Shown here: positions 1 to 9,252 of the stretch, one piece after another | Numbering within the stretch: the first letter of the stretch is position 1 | Layout of the letters: every line of letters starts with the position of its first letter | Assembly (NCBI GenBank): GCA_946965045.2 | Contig: OX337232.1 | Span: 558,001-622,000, forward strand | DNA: 64,000 bases | Direction: 5' to 3' | From: Epithemia pelagica | Taxonomy: Eukaryota > Protista > Bacillariophyta | Notes under the pieces: model-generated | Database searches by the model: none | What the model saw: only the letters and a program-made list of their open reading frames with translations | Told to the model about the DNA's origin: nothing | Program-made: the position numbers and the translations under genes

Positions 1-56
1 CTACTTAGCCGAACATGGATCTCTGTTTTTTGGTGAGTGTTGTATCACAAAAATTT

Positions 57-229
57 GACATACCTCAATGTATTCGAGGTCAGAGGACGACGTATTGGTT
101 TCGTTTGCAGAGCTCATGATGTTGGATGCTGTTCGGAATGTTCGGAATTTTGAACAGCATTCAACACCATGAGCTCTCCAAACGAAACCAACCCGTCGCC
201 TTCTGCTCTGGAATACGTTGAGGTATGTC
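57..229. repeat. Inverted duplication of family-A exon 1 (78-nt arms 57-134 / 152-229, 17-nt spacer)
   Basis: The arms align without gaps, 11 mismatches in 78 nt by hand. The left arm reads MSSANETNTSSSDLEYIE|gtatgtc on the minus strand and is not followed by the conserved intron. Confidence 0.9.
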
Positions 230-731
230 ATTTCTGATCATTGATTGAAGAAAACTGACAAATGGTTATATCCCGCATCATGCTCTTCTGGATGAAACGG
301 GTGGAAGGTGGGAACGGATTCAGTGCAATATATTCTTGCTGTCGAACCTGGCGGGAATTGGGAAGAGGGAACCACTGCTGAGAACAGTTGACAATCGCAC
401 GGAATGGAGCTGCACCTGTCTCTCCAATATCTTTTCCAATTTCTCTCACCCGGCTTTTGTCTTGCTGCAATCGACACAGAAGCAAATGATGCAATGCATC
501 AAGGAATCCAAACAGGCGTCATGGCCGTTTGGCCCCATTGCCAAGGGTTCCAGCACACTTGCTTGTGCCCATTTTGCAGTAGCGAAGGCTCATCATCACA
601 TCGGAAATGCTCATGACAAAATTTCGAATTCCATGGTATCGTCCTCCTGGATTGCCGGCGGCGCGCTCGTGTTGTCCTCTTTAATTGCGGGGGGCGCCAT
701 TGTGGCATCCAGATTCATTGGTCGTAGCTAA
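169..731 (+). CDS. Small tail-anchored protein, family A copy 1 (exons 169-222, 480-731; 101 aa)
   Basis: ATG at 169, exon 1 MSSPNETNPSPSALEYVE, donor GTATGT at 223, acceptor ...acacAG at 478-479, phase-0 join to KQMMQCIKESKQASWPFG...; C-terminal hydrophobic helix WIAGGALVLSSLIAGGAIVA followed by SRFIGRS*. The same structure recurs in four paralogs in this window. Confidence 0.75.
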
Positions 732-828
732 GTTCTAATGACAGAGGGGAACGAACTGGAATCCCGGTGGAATCTCCGGTTCCCATCTGCCACTAGTACT
801 TAGCGGCGACCAAATAAACTGGATGCCA
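703..828. repeat. Inverted duplication spanning the stop codon of family-A copy 1 (arms about 703-752 / 779-828)
   Basis: tggcatccagattcattggtcgtagctaagttctaatgacagaggggaac against the reverse complement of 779-828: 9 mismatches in 50 nt. The inverted piece resembles the 3' ends of the paralogs at 37071-37130 and 41746-41800. Confidence 0.85.
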
Positions 829-859
829 TGCATCCCTTTGGCTGCTGCTGCTGGAGTCG

Positions 860-1140
860 CCACACGTTCCAGTCCCATCCGTTATTCGTGCAGCATAGAC
901 GACGATGATGACGACGACGGCAAAAAGAATCTTGCCGCCACCATTTTGACGACGACGACAGTCGACGATCCATAAACCGAGAGTAGCACCTGCGGTCGTT
1001 GCTGCGCCGGCGGCTGTGTCGCTCCTTTCTCCTTCTCTACTCCTTGGTGGTAAGGCATGTCATGGAGAAAGGAAACTGCCCAATGGTTCTATCTTGTGAT
1101 TCCGTCCATTCTTTTTGTCGAACCTGGCGGGACTGGAAAC
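860..1140 (+). pseudogene. Family-B (degenerate paralog) 5' segment and truncated intron
   Basis: Similar to the minus-strand segments at 29330-29720, 36230-36720 and 40820-41300. Contains g|gcatgtcatggagaaaggaaactg, which aligns with the family-A donor g|gtatgtcattgatgaagaaaactg. Breaks off at about 1140. Confidence 0.6.
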
Positions 1141-1359
1141 GAACCCTTGTCATATTGTAGAAACGGGGTGGAAGGGTGCCAACATTCCGTTCATTTGCTA
1201 TGAGGCGCAGCTACCCGACCCGATATAGTTGAGACGGGAAAGGAATAGTTCCAACTCGCTTCGTCCGTCGACATGAAAAGCAGTTCTAGTTTTCAAGATT
1301 TTGACTATTGATCATTCTTACTCTACTGGTGTATCCGTGAAATCTTTACGAGATTGACG

Positions 1360-3087
1360 CTAAGCCTTGAATGTGTGAGATCGACCACCTTTCACACCTT
1401 CCATAATGAAAACATCATCCATGAACTGGTTGTCCAAGTCACTTTCATTGTCACTCTGCTCAGACTCCATGGTTGTGGCTCGTTCCTCAGGAAGGGGTGC
1501 CATTGGAGGCACTGGCAGTTTGACCTTGTGGGTAGATATCATTTCAGGACGACCGACACTAGACAACAGTGCACTTCGGTACGAAACCATTGGCTTTCCA
1601 GAGACAAGTGTAAAGGAAGAGTCAGTCGAAACGACATCCCAACAGTCGGATGAAGAAGAGCCATGATCACCATTGACAAGTTCTGGAGCATCCTCCACGA
1701 CGACAAAGTCAGCGCCGGACGTCACGTCAATGGACACTTCCTCCTCGTTCTTGTCCAAAAGGTCAAAAGAAACACAAGAATTTGCAGTCCGGAGACTTTG
1801 TTCAGTGGCGAGCTCAATCATATCATCCTCACTAATCTGTTGATCTGGAACAACTGACAAACTCAACGCAAGCGCCATGGCCACATCTTCGTCTTCTGGA
1901 TTGGAATACAGCGCCTTTTTGCAGGGCGACTCATTGCCGTCCGTCTTTGGGAGTTGAACGGAATCCTCCCAATTTGGATCGTCATATTCAGAATAGTCTT
2001 GATCTTCATCCAAGTAGTCGGTGCTCTCGTCCATGCGGTCCGATCCTTTTCCTACACGAAATCCAGGCTTGGTCGAACTTGGCTTGGCACGGGTTTTGCG
2101 AAAGAGGTAGTGGTAGTTGATTTCCAAGTAATGTGTGTAACGACAAACCAGAGTTTTCACATACAAACTGCCATTCATGAGACAAATGGAATTACCATAG
2201 CCCCACAATTCACGCAAGTTGAATTTCTTGGAACGCATGACATGTCTTGTTTCTTCGTTCAACGCATTAAGGATACAAACCTCCATATCCTCTGGTCGAA
2301 AACCATCAATATAACCAAGCTTATCCAACCATTGTTGGAGAGTCAGACTCTTGTTGCCATCCAGATTGCGCTTGTTGGAGACGTTACAACGATCCATGAT
2401 CAACAGGCACAAAAATAGTCGGACAATATCCGTTCTTCCGGTCAGAGCAGCAAAGTAAATGGCAGGACGCTGCTCAATATTTCGAGTGAACAAACAGTCA
2501 ACAAACCGTCGGAACGAATTTCGCGCCTTATACTTTTGGTCCATCATTCCTTCAACAACGGCAAGAACAGAGAGGAGATTCCCACGTTTGACCTCGACTT
2601 TGAGATCTTCGGCATTGTGCCTCTCTCGAACTCTGGAAGCTCTGAGGTCGGTGGATTTCGCCGATTTCTTGCTCGTCTTGTCCAGGCCCTTGGAAAGTGA
2701 AAGCTGCTTCCCAGAAGAGGTCCTGCTTCGTTGATGTGCAGGGACTCGAACAACCACACCGTCGACGCAATAGCCGAGATAGCTTTGTGGAATCTTCACC
2801 ATCTTGGTTGCTTTGTTATGCACTTGGGATGATGCTTGATTTGATTTTATGAGAGCATTGTGGAGAGGAGGTGCAGGACAAACAAGATGACTTCGTTGGA
2901 TTTTTTGCAGACGTGCGCAGATCCAAACGTGAAAAAAGCAATCACGACTGAAAAGTAACGGGTTTGACAGCGACCCACACGCGGATAGAAATGGGTTCGA
3001 TTGTCCGTGTGTCGCCCGGCTAAGATGGATACGGCTAGCGAGATTGGAAGGCACGATAGATTTCAAGGAACACTGGATCGGGAACAT
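1360..3087 (-). CDS. Protein with an ankyrin-like repeat and two UIM-like motifs in an acidic C-terminal region
   Basis: 575-aa ORF. PAIYFAALTGRTDIVRLFL is ankyrin-like; EDEDVAMALALSLS and EDDMIELATEQSLR are ubiquitin-interacting-motif-like. The true start may be the internal MVKIP. Confidence 0.6.
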   Translation of the reverse strand: MFPIQCSLKSIVPSNLASRIHLSRATHGQSNPFLSACGSLSNPLLFSRDCFFHVWICARLQKIQRSHLVCPAPPLHNALIKSNQASSQVHNKATKMVKIPQSYLGYCVDGVVVRVPAHQRSRTSSGKQLSLSKGLDKTSKKSAKSTDLRASRVRERHNAEDLKVEVKRGNLLSVLAVVEGMMDQKYKARNSFRRFVDCLFTRNIEQRPAIYFAALTGRTDIVRLFLCLLIMDRCNVSNKRNLDGNKSLTLQQWLDKLGYIDGFRPEDMEVCILNALNEETRHVMRSKKFNLRELWGYGNSICLMNGSLYVKTLVCRYTHYLEINYHYLFRKTRAKPSSTKPGFRVGKGSDRMDESTDYLDEDQDYSEYDDPNWEDSVQLPKTDGNESPCKKALYSNPEDEDVAMALALSLSVVPDQQISEDDMIELATEQSLRTANSCVSFDLLDKNEEEVSIDVTSGADFVVVEDAPELVNGDHGSSSSDCWDVVSTDSSFTLVSGKPMVSYRSALLSSVGRPEMISTHKVKLPVPPMAPLPEERATTMESEQSDNESDLDNQFMDDVFIMEGVKGGRSHTFKA

Positions 3088-3111
3088 GTTCCAATAAATC
3101 GTGCAAGTCCA

Positions 3112-3125
3112 GCAACTTCCGGTAA
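3112..3125 (-). promoter_or_regulatory. 14-mer TTACCGGAAGTTGC upstream of the minus-strand gene
   Basis: Exact reverse complement of 3721-3734; lies 24 nt upstream of the ORF start at 3087. Confidence 0.4.
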
Positions 3126-3295
3126 TGGACTCAAAACGTACGAAATCTTTCTACTTCTCAGAGTATCGTCACGATAAAACAACCGTTTTCATATAGCGTT
3201 ATCACACACCAATATATCTGATATGATCATATTAGACACAGATTCTTTCGATATGAGGCATGAATCCCGAGTCACGGATGTCGGGGGACATTGTA

Positions 3296-3577
3296 GATGT
3301 CTTTTGATGTCGTTTGATGTCGTTTGATGTCTTTTGATGTCGTTTGATGTCGTTTGTTTTTATATCGCCAAAAGAAGCTCTACTCTCCAGCAGTTAGTAT
3401 TCTTCAACAGAAAACACACCACTGATTGACGGTAGGCCCATCGCTGAATCAACTGAATGCGCACCGCTTGATTTTGACTCAAACCATGTTTCCGCGCGAG
3501 CCCGAAACGACATCAAACGACATCAAACAACATCAAACGACATCCCTCACGACATCAAACGACATCCCTCACGACAT
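3296..3577. repeat. Two inverted arrays of the 10-mer GATGTCGTTT / AAACGACATC
   Basis: Six units GATGTC(G/T)TTT at 3296-3355 and about seven units AAACGACATC (two with a CCTC variant) at 3505-3577, about 150 nt apart. Confidence 0.9.
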
Positions 3578-3720
3578 TCCCGTTTCTTCCATACTAGAGA
3601 TTGGGAAACCATACTCTATGGTTGCATAATACGTATTTTGTAGTAATATCGATCCTTTGTCGAAGAAGTTCTTGGTCTTGTCCTCTGGGTATTGCTAGCG
3701 GATATGGGACTCACGGGTAG

Positions 3721-3734
3721 TTACCGGAAGTTGC
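3721..3734 (+). promoter_or_regulatory. 14-mer TTACCGGAAGTTGC upstream of the plus-strand gene
   Basis: Perfect inverted partner of 3112-3125 across the divergent intergenic region. Confidence 0.4.
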
Positions 3735-3994
3735 AGCTTTCTTGCCAAACATCTTTGACCAACGGACAATGGGGAACTATATGACAGCCATGATATGATG
3801 GGAGCAGGGGAGAACACGCCAAACAACCAACAATGTACGAGTGAAACATGCGTGTTTCTCACGATCCAAACATTCTAGGTAGGAGGAACGAACACAACTC
3901 GCTCGATTTGGAGGAACGGCCCTCCAAATCTTTTGTTTCTAAAATCCATAAAACAAAAGCTTTGCACAGTCAGAAAGCCTTTGAAACCAGCAAC

Positions 3995-5008
3995 ATGAAC
4001 AACGTGTTACGCCTCTCGCTAACGGTTGCCCTCGTGATGTCATGCTCCGTTCTACAAGCTTTGGGAGACCGAGTAAGTGAATAGAAACTCCCTAGAAAGC
4101 TTGCACCACAGAAAGCTCTCACTTGGATCGATCTCCCATATCCTGTTTTACCTAGGAACCTCGTGTGATTCGACGACGTCTCAATGAGGATGAAAACGAA
4201 GAAAAGTCATCTGGCAAAGGAGGAAAGGGCAAGAAAGACACGGTACGTACTGACATGCTATCGCTGGTAGAGTATACGCTTTGAACCGCCGTTGTGACTC
4301 ACAAGTTCTTTACCAAAGTTGGAACCCAGCGATAGTTCGGCTCCCTCGGATGCTCCTAGTAGTAGTTCTATCCCGAGTTTGATTCCCAGTTCTTTTCCCA
4401 GCACGTTGCCGTCTTCCGTGCCCAGTTTCCTACCTAGCAGTGTTCCGAGTGCTATTCCAAGCGCCTTGCCCACTTCGTTGCCCAGCGCTTCTCCCAGTGC
4501 TTTGCCCAGTTCTTCTCCAAGCGCTTCTCCCAGTTCTTTGCCCAGTTCTTTGCCCAGTACTTTGCCCAGTTCTTCTCCAAGCGCTTTGCCCAGTACTTCT
4601 CCCAGTTCTTCTCCAAGCGCTTTGCCCAGCTCTTCACCAAGCGCTTCGCCCAGTTCTTTGCCCAGTACTACACCCACTTTGTCGCCCAGCACTACGCCCA
4701 GCGGTACCCCCAGTGTTGGTCCAAGCACGAATCCCAGTGCAACTCCGAGTTGGGAACCCAGTGGAAGCCCCAGCCGCAGTGCCGTACCGTCGGCGGTTCC
4801 CAGTGTTTCGGCTCCCCCGACCCAAAAGACGGAACCTTCGTCGTCGTCCTCTTCTGGTACGTAGAATGTGTTTGTGTGTGTCGTGTGTGTGGGGTCTCGT
4901 CGGCGACACACACACACCTTTCAACTCACTCGTTGTCTTGGATCCAAACGGCTCCCATTGTTGTAATGGTGGTCTCTATTGCCACTTGTAGGAAAAAAGC
5001 GCGTGTGA
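3995..5008 (+). CDS. Secreted Ser/Pro-rich (PSxxPS repeat) mucin-like protein; exons 3995-4072, 4156-4242, 4319-4856, 4992-5008
   Basis: Signal-peptide-like MNNVLRLSLTVALVMSCSVLQA; phase-compatible GT-AG introns; RRL motif then KSSGKGGKGKK; long PSALPSSSPS repeat tract; predicted end ...SSSGKKRV*. Confidence 0.75.
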
Positions 5009-5549
5009 ACCAGCATCGTGAGGAGAGTGACGGAGAATGCAGCGTCAAAAAGCTAGGAGTCGAACGTGTTTTTCCAAAGAAGAACCATCCGGCGAATCGT
5101 CCCTTTGAGCCTCATATCATTCTATTTCTCTAGAAATTTCTACTATATTAGGAAGTAAAAAGAGATGTCATTCCTGCCACGACGACAATCCACAGGAACA
5201 AGTAGTGTTCAAAGCATTGGAAAAAATGATTCGATTCAATGGATACCTCCATATGATCCATGATGTTTGGTGGCGTTCAAATCCCGGAAAACTTTTCCGA
5301 TCGCGGCACATTCTCCCTGTAACGGATCCCCCGGCTCGCTGGGGGACGTTGAACCTAAGTACAAGCTGATATTGTGCTATTGCCTCATCGAGCCGTCCCG
5401 TCCGCTTACTCCTATCACGATCAAATACTTAGAGACCCTACGGATACTATTGAGACCAGCATCGATTCTTCTTCTTTTGCGATAACCCACGAGAGAGAAC
5501 ACACGAGCAAACAACAACCACAACACAACCACACAAGAAGAGCCATTCC

Positions 5550-7209
5550 TTGATTGCCAACGGATTCCTCATTCTTATCCACAGAGGTGCATCAGAGATC
5601 CAGAGTTTGGGTTTGTGGAAACAGAACCCTCCTCGTTTCCCGAAAACCAATCTACTAGCCGTTGGGTTTGCGTACCAGATCCATTCCAAGCTATTCCGAG
5701 TACCCTTTTGTTCTTCCTCCACTGTTCCCATAAAAAAAGAGAGAGAGAAAGATAGCAGCCGCATCATCATGGTCTTTCGATTTGCCGCTCCCACGTCATG
5801 GATGACCCAGACCAACAACCAGTCGTCCAAGGCCCACACTCGCAGCAAACCGCCGTCTCCGAGCAGCAACGACACCAAATCACAATCACAATCACGATTG
5901 GGACTGATCATGTTGTCTCCCGAGCAGCGTCCGTCGCACAGTCGTCAAAGCAGCAGTGCCACCAGTCAAACCTCGCAAAGCTCGTCCCTCTCGTCGTCCC
6001 ACAACAGCAATAGCAGTAGCAGCAGCATCCATTCACGAACCAGCCACACGGCGTCGCCTCGCAATAGCACACTCCCCCAAAAGAAGAACAAGAACAAGAA
6101 TCACAACACGCCGTCCTCTTCTATCAAACAACAACCGCAACCGCAACACCGCACACCCAAATCCTCGTCCCGGCGAACGCCGCCCGCACGGTCCTTGACG
6201 CGTCGCTCGCGGTCCAGCCACAAACCACAACCGCAACAACAACCAGAACAAGCCAACGGGTCGCCCTGGACCAGTCGCAACACTCGAACGCCACCCGCTC
6301 CCATTGTTCCCGCCTCGTCCTACTTGACCGACGCTTCTCCGCCGCCGCCGCAGCAGCACCAATCCGTTGCCGAGCCCGTGACAACGCCCCGATCCGTCCA
6401 CTCTAGCAACCAAAAGGCTGGGCCCGTGGACCAGCCCTCAAATCCTCCCCCAACACCCTCGCCACAGAATTCAAATGACGACGACGAAGACGACAAGGAG
6501 GACGTCAAACGGACACCACGTGACAATGGATTGGCCCAAGCCATGTCCATTATTGGACATTTGGAAACGGAAAATGACGAGTATCGCCGCGAGGTGATTC
6601 ACTTGCGCCAGTGCATGACGCAACTCACTCAAGAACGGGAGGAGGAACGGAACGAGCTCCAAAAGCAACAACGACAAGGTCGCGGGGGATCCAGCCGGTC
6701 GAGCAGTACGAGTAGTTCGTCTCGGTCGGAACGCGCCTGGCAGGAGCGATTGCACAAACTCGAAACGACCAATCGCAATCAAAAGGACTTGTTTCAAACC
6801 GCCCTGGAAATCAAGGAGGTGGAACTCCAAATTGCCCACCGGGAACGAGATATTTTGGCCCAACGACTCCAAGAAATCAAACAGGCGCGGTTGCAAAATC
6901 AGCACAAATCATCACCGAAATCATCATTACCGGCCATTCCCCGCACCGTCTCGCTCGGCGACGATCCCGTCGACGGTACCTCCTCCAGTCCCACGGCCCA
7001 ACCATCCCCACCACGCCAACACGACACGGAACAAGCCATGGCGCAACTGGAACGCGCCTTGGCCCAAACGCAACAAGAACTGGCCGAAATGGAGGAACGG
7101 GGACGCTTGGAAACGGCCATGATGCGGCGAGTCATGGACGAACGCGTTCAAGAATACGAGTCGAGTTTGCAAGCCAAGGACCAAGAAATTCAAGCGCTCC
7201 TCCTGGCGC

Positions 7210-7271
<62 letters not shown>

Positions 7272-7538
7272 GAGACTGCAGTGGCACCCACCCCTTCTGT
7301 AGCGTTGCGACCACCTCCCATTCAGGTATCTTGCTCGGAAGGCCACAAGGAACGGCTGCAACAATTGCGCCACCGACGAAGCTCGGTCGAATCCTTGATG
7401 CGATCCAACGTCGAACGCATTCGTCAACGTCATTCGTCCTTGTCTGTAACCAGTACGACGGCCGAGGAACCGACCCCGACGGCCACGGTCACGCCCACGT
7501 CGGCCACCGGCACGGCTGCCGAAATTGTGGCCATTTAA
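5550..7538 (+). CDS. Low-complexity Ser/Pro-rich, coiled-coil and polyQ protein of unknown function
   Basis: 662-codon ORF with E/Q/R-rich heptad-like segments and a Q21 tract. The real start may be MLSPEQ at 5910. Confidence 0.65.
7209..7271 (+). repeat. (CAA)21 microsatellite encoding polyQ
   Basis: Uninterrupted CAA run. Confidence 0.95.
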
Positions 7539-7989
7539 AGAGTTCCACAAGACAGAAAAAAGGCTCTCTCTATCAAGGGAGGAGGTCTATTGCGTTGAAT
7601 TGGATGGTATGTGTGACAGTCGCATAGGGGGTGGTGCGACGGTCGACCAGCTCCAAGCATTTTGATAGACAGGTAACTTCATAACACTGCATTATTCTAT
7701 GGTATATCTGGGTTTGTTTGCTTTGTTGGGGATTGGGAGGCAAACGTCTTGCATTGACCGTCAGGTTCGATTCTCCGAGAATGCGATAACGTCGCTCCCC
7801 TGACAAGAGAGAGGTGATTGTGGTTCCTCCTCTATAGATAGCCTGGATCAAACAGAATCTGTTGGAGTACCATCAAAGAAGGCTGACAACAAACGACACG
7901 ATGCGTAGCAGTGGAGGTTTTCCATGTTTTTTCATTCGAGAGACTGTGGACGACATGGACGGTCTCATCTTCGTTCTTGGCCGAGACAT

Positions 7990-8431
7990 AACACGTGTTC
8001 GACAACCTTCTCGTCGTCGATAAGGGTGCTGACATAAACCTGATTGCCTCCAGTTGACAAGGGAAACTTTTTCGCGTCGCATGAGGACAAAAATGACATT
8101 GTTCAATCTGTCTGATACGCCTCGTATAAGTCAACTTCTAAAAGACTGCTGAGCTCTATGAAAAAACGAAATGTGAATTTCCACTTTCAAGTAAATCGAT
8201 ACCAATAGGAAGTCCGATGGGGTGTCGGAAGGAAAAACGGAAGAAAACGAATCCAAACCACTGCCACTGAAAGAGATGGAACAACCCAAAACAGAAACAA
8301 ACAAACTTGGTTTTGTGGACAACAACAACAATAATGACGATGACCAGGACATGGATCCAGTCCTGGAGTCCAATCTAGAATCCATTGACAACCACCAGCC
8401 AAAGGGGGCAAATGTTCGAGACAAGAATTGA
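7990..8431 (+). pseudogene. Decayed ankyrin-repeat gene fragments
   Basis: Plus-frame peptides NLLVVDKGADINLIASS*, FFASHEDKNDIVQ and KGANVRDKN* resemble ankyrin consensus pieces, broken by stops and frame changes. Confidence 0.45.
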
Positions 8432-8583
8432 AACCATTGATCCAGTAAGTTCAAGTCAAAGGGATCAAATTCCAATGTCGCCAGTGGACAATGCGATCCA
8501 CTTCCTGTGCGGTCAAATACTCGTCAAAGGTTGAGTGAGCGGCGCGCCATGGCCAATGACAGCCGCAAACCATGGATGGTTAA

Positions 8584-8675
8584 TCATGGCAGGGTTGGCC
8601 TGTTCGCAGAACCAGTTCGGCTTAACCCTAACATTGAGACGAACTGGTTCTGCAAACAGGCCAATCCTGCCGTGA
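8584..8675. repeat. Long stem-loop (about 41-bp stem, 8-nt loop)
   Basis: 8584-8619 pairs with 8640-8675 (1 mismatch, 2 G-U on the + strand); after a G.A mismatch cttaa/ttgag closes the loop CCCTAACA. Confidence 0.9.
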
Positions 8676-8848
8676 CTCCAAGGACCGAAGGAGGAGGGTT
8701 CGTCGGTGGGAGGACGAAATTGAGAATCCAAATCTTGAGATTGTCAAGGTCTCGGCCCACGACAGCCATCCCCCATGGGCAGGAATCGCAACCCCCATTC
8801 ATGGAATTTGGAGGCAGCAGGGCGCCCATAGAAGCACCATCAGCAGCG

Positions 8849-8970
8849 GCGGCCTTGTCCCAAAATTGCTGCAAACCAGCGTCATTCTATCCAAAGATTA
8901 TCTTTGGATATCCAAAGATAATCTTTGGATAGAATGACGCTGGTTTGCAGCAATTTTGGGCCAAGGCCGC
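8849..8970. repeat. Spacerless 122-bp palindrome with nested internal palindromes
   Basis: Arms 8849-8909 and 8910-8970 are reverse complements with a single mismatch; the centre is GGAT|ATCC. The inner ends form TATCCAAAGA-TTA-TCTTTGGATA and TCCAAAGA-TAA-TCTTTGGA hairpins. Confidence 0.95.
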
Positions 8971-9029
8971 TGCAACTTGGCGAAGATGAACCCCCCCCCC
9001 CTCTTGTCTTTGGATGGAATGAGGCACAA

Positions 9030-9220
9030 AACATGTTCGACAGCCTTCTCGTCGTCGATAAGGGTGCTGACATAAACCTGATTGCCTCCAGTTGACAAGC
9101 GATACTTTTTCGCGTCGCATGGGGACGAAAATGACATTGTTCAAACTGTTTTCTACGCCTCGTTTTCTCGTAAGTCAGCTTCTAAAATGTGTGTTTTCCA
9201 CTTTCAAGTAAAGCGGTATG
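9030..9220 (+). repeat. Direct repeat of about 7993-8200 (ankyrin-like fragment)
   Basis: gttcgaca.ccttctcgtcgtcgataagggtgctgacataaacctgattgcctccagttgacaag... and ttccactttcaagtaaa occur in both places. Confidence 0.85.
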
Positions 9221-9252
9221 TGGTATCCTGATTGAGATTCGGGCATCATAAC

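Noticed and set aside
336-479. Treating the family-A intron as coding (ORF track extends exon 2 upstream)
   Set aside because: The same region carries 1-nt indels between paralogs, so the frame is not conserved, while the GT/AG sites and the exon-1 frame are.
1320-1362. Possible read-through or premature TAG at the end of the ankyrin/UIM gene (frame continues RQSRKDFTDTPVE*)
   Set aside because: Only 13 extra codons, and no homolog is available to judge.
4258-4991. Antisense and alternate-frame ORFs over the PS-repeat, KGKGY-repeat and polyQ genes (for example GEELGKAL, PLPLAGG, CPYPW repeats)
   Set aside because: These are shadows of low-complexity codon repeats; the signal peptides and splice sites support only the called frames.
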